From Alloascoidea hylecoeti (taxonomy: Eukaryota): DNA of 64,000 nucleotides. Location of the stretch: assembly GCA_001600815.1 (NCBI GenBank), contig BCKZ01000005.1:257532-321531 (forward strand). The letters run 5' to 3'. Position 1 is the first letter of the stretch; each line of letters starts with the position of its first letter. The position numbers were made by a program, and so were the translations under genes. Below are positions 13,051-24,761 of the stretch, piece by piece. The notes under the pieces are model-generated. The model was not told where the DNA came from. It made no database searches and saw only the letters and a list, made by a program, of their open reading frames with translations.

Positions 13051-14220
13051 ATCCATTTTGTGGTGATATCATCTTGATTTAAGTTCAATATAATAGTAGT
13101 TAATAGATATAGAAAGTTCAAAGTTTTCAGTCTCATATAATTATAATATATCAGATTTTCTATTTTAATGTTAATACATGTATTAACGAGGTTTAAGACA
13201 TCAGTTATATGGCGCCATGGCAGATCTCGAGATAGCTTTACGATTGGTAAACAGGCTTTGATCAGGAAAATCTGACGGATCTGTAAAGAGCTATTGGGTA
13301 CATTACAGGCCAGCCGTTATAATATATATTAATAACTTTCTATATATTCTTCAAGTTTGAAGTTGATGAACCTCTTCAACTATCATCAAAGAGAAGACTC
13401 CTTTAAATATTTATAGATTTTCCTTTGTGTTATAAACAATGCGATACCAAAATTTACACATATGCGTAAATCCCATCACCAAGATATAATCCCATCCCTT
13501 TTCTGAATGTTAACTTTCTCTGATATTATTAACGTGCTTGAAAATACCAACAGTTGACATATTTAACAGCAAAATCTCCCCCTGCCTACTCGTTTTAATA
13601 AAAAATTGACACTGACTAATCATTTCAAATAAGTTTTTAGCCTGCTATTTCTTAACTTAAGGCTTAAGCTCTCTATTTATTTATTTATTTTTGGACTATC
13701 TCATTTATTTGCGCTGATAGCTATAATCAGCTGTGGTATAAAAGTAAGTTTAAAATTTTGGATTGAAAATTGAAATTAATGGTGCTCGAAACCATAGACA
13801 GAAAAAAGGCTTAAAATTGTATACCATATTATACAATTTATTAATCTGCCTTGTTTCTAGGTTTCTGTATTATTTGTTTGAGATTAACATGTAAATATGT
13901 AACAATAGTTGCATATTCTTCTTCAACAGGCTTTAATTTCTGGTTGTCCCATTATATTTTTCTTATCAACACATATTAACAAAATCTTAAAAGTTTAAAG
14001 TTTTCTTCCAGAATTTTATTCAAATTTGGAGGATTGAAAATAAACCTTTCAGATCGATCCAAATTTTGCTTTTCTCTAATTTATGTAATCTTTACCGGTA
14101 TATGAAAATCAAATTTGAGCGTATTTAAATTTACAATTATTAATATTTTACCATTGATCATACATACACAAACGAAGAAGTAATATCAAATTTCAACAAA
14201 AACATCAATAATAAATAAGA

Positions 14221-15963
14221 ATGCCTGAAACTAAAGTTAAAAATGAAATAACCTTAAACAAACATTCATCATTATTAGATGTTCTAAACGAAGTTAAAGT
14301 AAATGGCACATCAGCTACAGAGGTTGAAACAAAATCGAATAATAACGATACTAATCATAATGAAGATATCAACACAATGAAAACTCAACAAAATGATTCT
14401 TTGAAAGCAATAACAAAACATTCATCATTATTAGATGTTTTAGGCGATGATGAAATAGATAAAACATCAACCATAACAAAAACGAATAATATTAATAATA
14501 AAAATAATAAAAATAAAAATGAAGATATCAATACAATCAAAACTCAGCTAAAAGATTCTTTGATAACAATAGGTGAACTAAAAGAAGAATTGTATACATT
14601 AACGGAGGAAAATGAAAATATTAAACAAAGAATTCAAATATTAGAAGATATGGAAAAAGATCATGAAAGGAAAATTGATACAGGTGAATTAATGTCAGGT
14701 AAAAAATTTGAAAATATAATCATTCAATTACAAAATAAATTAAAAGAAGAAATTTCAAAAAGAAAAAGTTATGAAAAGGAAATTTGTAAAATTGGTTCAG
14801 AGTATGAATTATTATCTGAAGATTTATTTGAAAAAGCAAAAGAAATGGTTAGAATTGAAAAAATTCAAAATTCAAAATATGAAAAAGAAATTAGAAACAA
14901 AGATATTATTATTGAAAGTCAACAACAACAGTTAAGAGAATTAAAAGAAAATATTTATCAAGAGGCTAAAAGGTATTCAAATTCAAGTTCAAGTTCTGGG
15001 TCAGCTACATCAACTGCAATGCGACTTGAAAGAATTAGTACAGGTGGTACTAATACCAATCATAGTTCTTTTTCATCACCAATCAGCGCTCGAGGAGATT
15101 TAAGTATTATTAATTTTTCGACCGATTTATCGCGATTTAATACATTGAGAGGAAGTCAAGACTCTGGATCGTCATTATTTGAGTATAGTATTAACAATGG
15201 GCAGCTTAATTTAAAATACGACATTTCTACATTCAACGACTTTGTAGGTATTGCATACGTTGCCAACAGAAATTTAGCAAAAGTCTTGAAATCGAAAAGG
15301 GGCCCGGATGAAAGACAAAATAGTATTGATAGTAGTATCAGCAGTACAGACAATTCCACAGCATTAAATCTTAAGGAATCTAAATTTGTCAGACGATGTT
15401 TAGTTGATGATGTTGAGCCGACTTTACGTCTTGATTTGGCGCCAGGATTTTCATGGATGACTAGAAGGTCACTTATGACATTAATCGTTAATGGTGGTGT
15501 TGTGGTCGAACCAATATCAGGACGTAACGAGAGTGTCGTGTCATTATCCCGGGTGAGTAGTCGGGAAACAAGTATCGGAGGCCTAACCTCTGGAAGTTCT
15601 TCCAGTACTAACCTTTCCTCCATGAGCACCCCTTGTTGTCTATGTGGAGAAGCAAGAGAGGATCTGCTGGAGCATAAGCGTCTTCACATGATGAGTATCA
15701 CTGGATCCAAAGATACACATTACCCTTTGTGTTCTTATTGCTTACAGCGAATGCGGAGTGTTTGTGAATTTTTTTCGTTTTTGCGTCAGTTGAGGGATGG
15801 TGTTTTCCGATGTTACAGTGAGGAGGAACAACAGAAAGCTTGGGTAGAGTGCACGAGATTACGACAGAATATGTTCTGGGCACGGATCGGGGTCTCCAAC
15901 ACGCCCGAAAACATAGCCAAATTCTACGGGAATGAAGAGGAATTGCCGAGAGATGAGGTATAA
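14221..15963 (+). CDS. SEC2: Rab guanine nucleotide exchange factor Sec2
   Basis: Coiled coil with EYELLSEDLFEKAKEMV, then LKESKFVRRCLVDDVEPTLRLDLAPGFSW, CCLCGE...HYPLCSYCLQRMRSVCEFFSFLR and LRQNMFWARIG, typical of fungal Sec2. Confidence 0.93.
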   Translation: MPETKVKNEITLNKHSSLLDVLNEVKVNGTSATEVETKSNNNDTNHNEDINTMKTQQNDSLKAITKHSSLLDVLGDDEIDKTSTITKTNNINNKNNKNKNEDINTIKTQLKDSLITIGELKEELYTLTEENENIKQRIQILEDMEKDHERKIDTGELMSGKKFENIIIQLQNKLKEEISKRKSYEKEICKIGSEYELLSEDLFEKAKEMVRIEKIQNSKYEKEIRNKDIIIESQQQQLRELKENIYQEAKRYSNSSSSSGSATSTAMRLERISTGGTNTNHSSFSSPISARGDLSIINFSTDLSRFNTLRGSQDSGSSLFEYSINNGQLNLKYDISTFNDFVGIAYVANRNLAKVLKSKRGPDERQNSIDSSISSTDNSTALNLKESKFVRRCLVDDVEPTLRLDLAPGFSWMTRRSLMTLIVNGGVVVEPISGRNESVVSLSRVSSRETSIGGLTSGSSSSTNLSSMSTPCCLCGEAREDLLEHKRLHMMSITGSKDTHYPLCSYCLQRMRSVCEFFSFLRQLRDGVFRCYSEEEQQKAWVECTRLRQNMFWARIGVSNTPENIAKFYGNEEELPRDEV

Positions 15964-16125
15964 TTATAGTATAACACAAAATATAATATCACCATTTACT
16001 TAATAGAACAAGACTTACTCTCTAGTTCGTGAGGACGCATAATGCAGCGTCGCATATTGCATTGCGTTTATGCGTGGAGATCTTCCCCCTTACGTAGCCC
16101 GACAGTACGAAAATCTGGGGGAGGT

Positions 16126-16133
16126 CCGGGTAA
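16126..16133. promoter_or_regulatory. Reb1-type site upstream of RGT1
   Basis: CCGGGTAA ~90 bp upstream of the ATG at 16222. Confidence 0.65.
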
Positions 16134-16221
16134 CCAGTGCAGACGAGCAAAACAATAATAATAATATATGAACCCTTTTTTTGGGGATTGGAATAACCTT
16201 TCTTCTTCTTGTTATTGATTC

Positions 16222-19200
16222 ATGTCTTCCTACGAGTCTCCCCACAATTCCGGGCGAGATCAGGGACCGTCGGGAGTACAGGGACCTTCAGGAGTGCAGG
16301 GCACACTGGGGTTCTCGCAGCCCCAAACACAAATCCAGGTTCTCCTGCCGGTGACACAAAAAGATCCTAAAGATATTCCAGTCAGAAAAAGATCAAAGGT
16401 TTCAAGAGCCTGCGACCAGGTAGATATTTTCTTTTCCTAATTATACAACTCACGTCTTCTGTGACTGACCGTCAACTGTTTCTTGAAATTTGTAGTGCCG
16501 GAAGAAAAAGGTAAGACAAACAATTATCCGCTGTGTACATGAAAAATCATATAGAAATACATTGATCCATGAAAGGAATAATCCCGAAAGCAGCGGCTGA
16601 AAACTGGAAAAATTATTAAAAAATTAACCACAATTATCTTCTTGTTTTGCATGATAGGTCAAATGTGACGCAGATCTAAGCGTTCTTGGTTCAAATAGTC
16701 TTCAAACTATTATAGGGACTGAAATGGATGTTAATTGCACAAATTGCCAAAAATTAGGTATTAAATGTTCTTTTAGCAGAATTCCACAAAAAAGGGGTCC
16801 TTCAAGAAAGTATGTCATATCTATACTTCAATTTATTAATTAATATTTATAATTAACTTTTTATATCTAGTCCCCGTGATATCGAAATCTATGAGCCAGA
16901 AGCAACCTCATCAAAACGGAATCGTGATGAAAATCCCAATAATGGCCAAGGGCCCCAAATTCGTCCTAGACCTACTTCAAGAAGTGAGTATCCCAATTCC
17001 TTTAACTTTTCTTCTGCGAATAGGCCAAGATCAACTAGTAGAAATACAAATGTTAATCGTATGAATATTAAAAATCATTCAAACGATAAGAGTATTTCCT
17101 TATCTCCAAGACAAACATCTTCAATAGTTTCAATATTGAATCCTGTTGATTCACCATTAATTAAAAGCCACGATAAAAATCCAGAAAATACGAATACAAT
17201 TGGAAACCCATCCTCGAATGCACCTTCATTTAGACCATTTCCTATTGGTATTAATCCACCAACAGCTCCTTATTTCCAGCCATATCCTGTTCCTTTATCT
17301 TTTATACCTGGAACTACAGTTTTACCGCCTATTAATGCAGCTGTTCCAGGTCAATTACCACCAATTCAAGCGTTAAGTGTTAATCAGCCTCAACCTCCAG
17401 CCGCACCTATAGTGATACAGAATATAAGCTACAGTGATCCTAGACGCGTGTCGATAAGCTCTTCTGGAGGCCAATTACAAGATCCTAATCAATTGTTCTG
17501 GAAAGTACCTCATGATAATGTTTCAAGAGGTTCTTCAATTTCGAGTAATGTTTCTGATCTACCTAGTCCATCTGGTTCATTACCTTCGGTCAATTCCTTA
17601 ATCGGGTCTGGGTATAATAGAAATACTTCACAACAATTTCAACAAAATCAATCCTATTTTTTTAGAGCTCCACCATCCGGTTATGCAAGTAGTGGAAATG
17701 AAGATAACTCAGAAGCTTCAGACGGTAGAAGTTCACCACAATCTCTTGATTTATCTTCCCCGAGACGTACAAGATTCTCAAATTCTGATTATCTTTCGAC
17801 TAATTATAATAGAGATAATTCACCAAGTTCAATGTATCATAATCATCTAGCAGCAGATCAACATCATCAAACACAACAGGATAGATCATTGAGCCACTCA
17901 TCACCCTTACCAACACCATCTGCAAGATTAATTACTTCTCCATCCATTGCAACTGGTGGTCAGGGTACGAGTACTAATCATAAACAACCTCAATTCCAAT
18001 CACGTTCACAATCACGTTCACAATCACAATTCGCTAGAGAATCAGAGTCAAAGCAGCGAGATTCTGAACAATTATTAGAATCTCTTTGGAGTACTTTAAA
18101 ACAAGAAGGTTATCTAGGTTCTTACTATCAAACAATCCATTATTGTCTTCCAATTTTACCACCAAATTCTGAAATTTTATATAGTATGTTAAAACATATG
18201 GTTAAAAGTTCTACAAATTCAAATTCAAATAATTATTCAATCGAAGAAATTAGTCATAAATCTTTGCATCATAGTATTCTATTAACAAACTTTACAGAAG
18301 TTTTAAAATTTTCTCATCATATATCACAACCAAATAGCTTATATGGAGATCATGGAGTTACAAGTTTAGTGTATTATAGACAATTATTTACACAAATTTC
18401 TGAGATATGGAATTTATATCATCGTCAAAATAATGATAATAAAAATTTTAAACCAACAATTGAAGAAAATTTATTGTTATTAATGACTTTAGTGTTGCTA
18501 TTATTACAAGGTTTTTTCATTAAATATGATAATTTAATTGATTTAGGTGCTATCATTGGTATTGCAAATGAGATGAGCTTTCATAGACCGAAAAAAGATA
18601 TTTATAATTTTTATTACACTCAAAAAAAAAAAGAAAAAGAAATTATATTTAATGATAGTAAAAATGATATTAAAATTGATTATAAAGAATTACATGTTGA
18701 AATTGCTTCATCTTTATATTTGGTAATATATGGAATTGATGTTATACATGGTTCAATTATTGGGTATCCAAGAATGGTTCCATCATTATTAAACATTGGT
18801 AATTATAAAATATCCGAATCAAATAAATATTTACAAAATTATTTTCCAATAATGAATAAAAATATGTCATTTCTTACAACTTCTAAAAATGATGATGATA
18901 TTGAGATGCGTGATGATGATAATTCTAATTTTAATTCAACTGGCAATTCTTCAAATTCTTCATATGAAATTAATTCAACTTCAATTGCATTTCGTTGTTT
19001 TGAATTTATATTAAATTTCGATAAAATAATGATTGATTCTAAAAATATATTATCTTCTTCATTTTCAATTTTAACTAATGAAGATAATGAATTTAATAAT
19101 GAATTTTTTATAAGTGAAATTAAAGAACTTCGAATAAAATCAAATGATTTAACAAATCATATTAGAATTTATGAAAAACAACAATTACAATTACAAATGA

Positions 19201-20207
19201 ATGAAAATGATAATCTTAATTTAAAATCGTGTCAAATAATAACCAATATTTTAAACAAAGTTCTAAAATTATTTATTTGTAGAATTGATTCTGAAATTTC
19301 ATTTTATGATTTATTACAAAATATTAGAAATCGTGGACAATCATCAAATTCAAATCCAAACTTATATGAAGAAGATGTTGATATGGAAGATATTGAAGAC
19401 TTTATTCAATCAAATTATTTAAAATTAAATAAAATTTCAAGGAAATTATTATTATGTGTTAAAAATATAACTGATTTGTTATATCCTTCAAATTCAAATT
19501 CAAATTTAAAGTCAACTTCAACAACAACATTAGTCGCATTAAATGATAATAATGATACTGATAGTGAATTTTCAAAATTTATAATTAATACTATTATTAA
19601 TAGATCACCATTCTTATCATTAATATTAACTTGTATTATTGATACTTTAAAATTAAATATTAATGTTTTATCATCAATTTCATTGAATAATTCAAAATTA
19701 AAATCAAACATCAACAAAAATAATAATATCAATATTGATATTGATAGTTCACAATTACAAAGACAAAAGAACTTGATTTTAGAATCTAAAAAATATTTAA
19801 AGTTAATTCGAAATAATTTAAAACACTTATTTTATGATGATAATGATAATAACAACAATAATAATGGCAATAATAATGGCAATAATAATGGCAATAATAA
19901 TAGCGATGACGATGATTTTAATGGGGAAAGTATTCATCAAAAAGTGGGCTGGAATACTTGGTATACATCTCTTCTAGATGATATTAAAAAATTATTAAAA
20001 GATGATGATGAATATAATCAGAATATTTCATTAAACGATAACCTCGATGAATATGAATATGAATATGATAATGATAATATTAATGGATTATTTAATAATG
20101 AATCAAAAGAGATTCGTTTGGAATTAATTGAAATGTATAAAGTTTTTAGGAAAAGTATGATGAATTTTCATCATAGACGAATATATGGATTATTTTCTGA
20201 TACTTAA
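16222..20207 (+). CDS. RGT1: Zn(II)2Cys6 glucose-responsive transcription factor, Rgt1-like; exons 16222-16419, 16496-16510, 16658-16809, 16871-20207
   Basis: Spliced KRSKVSRACDQ|CRKKK|VKCD...CTNCQKLGIKCSFSRIPQKRGPS and a downstream FWKVP motif match Rgt1. Exon 4 is open in frame into ORF 17061-20207. Confidence 0.85.
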
Positions 20208-20673
20208 TATTTATATATATTTGGTCTTTTTAACGTTGAAATTGTTTATATTTTCCTAATGTTGATTATAATTGATTTTGTATACATAAAATTAAATTTT
20301 GTTTCTTATAACGTTTATTTGATTATTTAATAAAATAATATTGGCGCTTTTTAGTACTCGGAATTGTATTTATGAATTTATATATATGTGATCTAGTATA
20401 TCAGTAGAAGGTGGAAACAGAAGATGATTACAACAGATATCAATTAATGGTACTTGCTTTGTATAGTTAAGCCATACCATGTGATGGCCACTTTTGCGCA
20501 GGTTGTGATTTGGTATATGCATAGAGCAATATCTTATAGAAATTTAGTATAGCAACTTTAATGCACCATACCATTCTGGATGTTGCATTCAAATATTACA
20601 ACAACAACAACAACAAAAAGAAAAAGATATCGAGTGCGCTCCTGTTTCAATCCCCATTTATCATCTATCTACA

Positions 20674-21784
20674 ATGTCAAGAGTACGTCTTCTTGGTTAC
20701 GTTCCAATAGCAGACCAACCATTCCTTACTGCCTTGGCGCGTAATAGTCATAGCTGAGCTTTATTCTTCTGGTGGCTCCAAGTTTACACGATTAACTAAT
20801 TTAAGTTCGCTTGATAAAACGGTCACCTCCATTGATATCTCAGAAACGGGTCGAATAGTTACTTGTTCACAGGATCGTAATACACTTGTTTGGGTTCCAA
20901 TTGATGAAACTGGTAAGAATTGAAAGCCAAGTTTAGTTTTATTACGTATTAATAGAGTAGTAACCTTTGTACTGGTGGTCTCCAGATGGTAAAAAATTTG
21001 CTGTTGATACAGGAGCTAGAATAATTGCAAATTGTTATTTTGAAAATGAAAATGATTGGTGAGTTTCAAAACATTAAAAAATTATATTAAATCAACAATT
21101 TATTAATTAGATGGCATCCAAATTCAGTTTTATTAGCAGCTGGTTCAACAGATGATCATGCAAGAATATTTTCTGCTTATATTAAAGGTTTAGATTCGAA
21201 ACCTCCTGCTTCCGTATGGGGTGAAAGATTACAAATTTTATGTGGGTATTGTTTAAATGATACTGGTGCTTGGATTCATGAGGTTGAATTTTCACCATCT
21301 GGTAATTTATTCGCTTTTATTGGTCATGATGCTTCAATTTCAATTGTTTATTCTTCAATTCAAGGTGAACCACCAAAAGCTATCATTTCAATTTCTTCAT
21401 CATTTTTACCTTTTAAATCTTTATCGTGGATAAATGAATCTGAAATTGTTGTTGCTGGTGATGATTATCATTCAATTAATATTAATGGTAATGAATCAGG
21501 ATGGGAATTTCCCAAATCAATTGATAAAGAAATTTTCAAAATTCACCATGATAATTCTAATTATGATGATGATGATTTAAGAAGAAAAAAATTCATGTAA
21601 ATATGCTTAGAGAAATGGATCTAAAAGGTCAAGTTTCTTTAAATTCAACGGGTAATAATTCTGGAGATTTACCAACAATTCATCAATTAACACTATTAGA
21701 CCTTTTGATTATGATAATAATGGAAATGTTATTAATATTTCAAGAACTGCTTTAGATGGTAGAGTTGTTATATTTAATGTTTGA
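20674..21784 (+). pseudogene. ARC40: Arp2/3 complex p40 subunit (ARPC1, WD40) pseudogene
   Basis: Fragments translate to [78 protein letters not shown]...VWGERL, ALDGRVVIFNV*. Stops at 20921, 21060, 21075 plus frameshifts. Confidence 0.92.
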
Positions 21785-23298
21785 TTTATACCTTATATTA
21801 TTATAAGACCTTATACTATACTTTAACATCAAATTATTTATATATATTAGTTAATTATAAATAGTTGAAACTGTTAGGTATTAAGTATGAGTTCCATTGT
21901 TTAACAATGTTCTTCGTCTATAAAAGGATTTCCTTTCAAAAAGTTACCCCTTAATGGCCACTTAAAAAAAGAAATTAAATAGCATAAGTTGTAACCCAAA
22001 AATGAATAAATCCTTAAAAAAATATGTAGAAATTGAAGCATACGATTAAACTTCTGAAAGATTTTTCCTGATATGTATTATATAGTGAATAAAAAGATTG
22101 TGGTTATAGGGTTGCTTATACAATTTCCCAGTTTTATATAATATAGTAATATTAAATGGTAGATTATTCTATCAATCTTGATGCATCAGAAACTTTGCTT
22201 TATATTATAACCTGAAATTAACAAGCATAACACTTCCTATAAGTATGACAAAAGATCATCATATGGATATAATATGGTAATCATTACTAACAAACATTAG
22301 TACAATTAATCAAAAAGCAGTACATCCTACGGGTAAACCAAGTATTAGGTTGTTGAAAGTGGGAGGTTTGACCGGATATATTTAAATAGATAAGAGTGCT
22401 GGTTTCTACGCATGTTCTCAGTTATACAGTTATTATTTACTTTGCAAATTAAATTTGGACATTGCCTGAACCTTAAAGAGAAAAATATATACCGATTTTC
22501 GATCTTTAAATTTATATTTTGAGGATTATGATATGCATAAAAATTTCAATTTTAACTCAGATCAAACAAAGAAAAAGTAAAGATTTCGTAAAAAAAAAAA
22601 TGCATATGTACCTCGTAACTATATAAAATCTCAATGAATAATAATTAGTAATAATTATTACTCGTATCGTAAAAACTACAGAATTTTTAACCATAAATAC
22701 TAAAAATTACAATTTCAAATTGAAACCTAAAACTAAAAATTAAATAAAGAAGTTCATATCAATTGTGGGATGTAAAACAATAACAAGCGATGGTGAGAAG
22801 CAAGTAGTTATAATTATAAAGCAAGCAGTAAATAATTAAAGCAAATAAAAATAGAAAAAAAATTGTTATTATAATTATAATATGGATTAGATTTTAGAAC
22901 TTTTTTTTAAAAATCAATAATAATATATGATAATAATAACAACATTAATAGTAGCAATATAATATTATGTCAAATAAAAATCTACAGCATTATATGTAAT
23001 TTTTTTTTTCTTTCTTGGCAAATATAAATGAGATAGCAATTAACGTTAACCATAGATTAATATTCAGTTGTTGTTTGTAACAACTAAATGTAAATAAAAA
23101 GAGTACTGTAGTTCTGGTAATTATATTATGATTTGATGATTTCGTAAATGGTAGGATAGAAAGGATAGGATAATTTATCATGAATAGCTAAATAATCTGG
23201 AAAAGGAAAAAGAAGAAAGAACTTAAAAAGGAAACAAAGTTTTCTACCCCATTTTTGTGATTGTTTTCCATATGAAGTTAAATTAAATAGTAGTGAAA

Positions 23299-24654
23299 TT
23301 AGTTGGTTAACGTTGTAGAGCGAAGAATAGATGTTGATGCTTGTTGAGGAGGCGGTGAAGATACTGGATCTCCTATCGTTGGAGCTTTTTCATTGTCAGA
23401 ATCATCATCATCGTCATCGTCGTCATCATCGTCATCATCATCATCATCGTTTTCATCATTTTCTTTGTCCTCATCCTCATCTTCATCATCTTTCTCTTTA
23501 ATATTTTTCAAAACTGCAATTCTTTTAACTAATATTAAAACAATATCAGTCCATTCTCTCATACCACCCATACCAATATCTCCACAAATTAATACTTTTT
23601 CAACAGGTTTTAATACTTCAATCCATGGAAAATCCTCTTTTAAAATATTTAAATGTTTCTTTGTCATTGGGTTTGTATACATCATTGTATTCATTGCAGG
23701 AGCAACTAATATTGGAATTAAAGGATTCCAGGCTCTAACTATATTAGTTAATAAATTATCACATAGACCATTTGCAATTTTAGCCAAAGTATTTGCAGAT
23801 AATGGAGCAATTAAAAAAATATCTGCCCATTTTTTCAATTCTATATGTAAAATTGAATCATTAAATGAATTACAACCACCAGACCATTCTTCAATATCTC
23901 TCCAAATTTTAACATCTGATGGGATCTTAAGCCCAGTTAAAAAGAATTCTGCGTATTTCGTAACAATGACTTGAACAGAGACATTTTCCGAACCATATGA
24001 GGAATATAATTTTTCAATGATTAAAGGTAATTTAATAGTAGCTACTGAACCGGTGACGCCAAGTAAGATATGAATTTTGTTATCATCTTCACGATTAAGA
24101 TAACGAGTGAAATGGGGTGTTGGACCTGTTGGAGTAGAAATAATTTGCTTTTTTGATTTTTCAGATGGAGTGTGTGACTTTGGGGAAATAGTAGGAGAAG
24201 ATCGACTTAAATCAGTGCTAGCGGTATCCTTAAAAGGATCAACCCCACCGACAGAATCATGACGAGGATTTTTGTTCTGCGAAATGGCGAAATTTGTGAT
24301 AACATTATTAGTATTCGTATTGGCCACTTTTCTGGACAAAGACACAACTCTGGAGGCAGCAGCAGACGAAGCTGCGGTTGGGTCCGGACGAACAGAAATA
24401 GATCCACGGTGCGAACGTTCTTCTTGGCCGACGTTGAAGGAAACACAGCTGTTGAGCCGTTTTATCATAGTGGGAGTTGAGGCCGAAGTTGGGGTCATAA
24501 TGATTCCCTGTGGCAGCCTGACATTGCCAGTATTAGTGTGGATGGCAGGCAAGATCTTGTGGGAAGCTCCCACGGAAACAGACGAACCCGGGGATACGGG
24601 TGCCGAAGAACCCTTTGTGCCACTTTTGATATCATCAAAGTCCATCGGAAACAT
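23299..24654 (-). CDS. CAB3: Phosphopantothenoylcysteine decarboxylase subunit (Cab3/Hal3 flavoprotein family) with acidic tail
   Basis: HILLGVTGSVATIK, LHIELKKWAD, APLSANTLAKIANGLCDNLLT, APAMNT, PVEKVLICGDIGMGGMREW, then poly-Asp tail. Confidence 0.88.
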   Translation of the reverse strand: MFPMDFDDIKSGTKGSSAPVSPGSSVSVGASHKILPAIHTNTGNVRLPQGIIMTPTSASTPTMIKRLNSCVSFNVGQEERSHRGSISVRPDPTAASSAAASRVVSLSRKVANTNTNNVITNFAISQNKNPRHDSVGGVDPFKDTASTDLSRSSPTISPKSHTPSEKSKKQIISTPTGPTPHFTRYLNREDDNKIHILLGVTGSVATIKLPLIIEKLYSSYGSENVSVQVIVTKYAEFFLTGLKIPSDVKIWRDIEEWSGGCNSFNDSILHIELKKWADIFLIAPLSANTLAKIANGLCDNLLTNIVRAWNPLIPILVAPAMNTMMYTNPMTKKHLNILKEDFPWIEVLKPVEKVLICGDIGMGGMREWTDIVLILVKRIAVLKNIKEKDDEDEDEDKENDENDDDDDDDDDDDDDDDDSDNEKAPTIGDPVSSPPPQQASTSILRSTTLTN

Positions 24655-24761
24655 TTACAAGAAAAAAGAGGTTTTTTGATTTTTCGAAAATATATTTTCA
24701 ACACATCCAATATTATATTTTTTTCTATTTTTGCGTGTGTACGGAGGTACCTGCGTATAAC

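Noticed and set aside
13744..13860. Possible SEC2 5'-UTR intron (GTAAGT...TTCTAG)
   Set aside because: Branch site is weak and there is no reading-frame constraint to test it.
16984..17023. GTGAGT...TAG candidate extra intron in RGT1
   Set aside because: 40 nt would shift the frame, and the unspliced sequence is already open in frame.
20921..21077. TGA at two conserved Trp positions in ARC40, hinting at UGA=Trp recoding
   Set aside because: The same sequence has a TAA stop and frameshifts, and intact genes in the window end in TGA; simple TGG>TGA decay.
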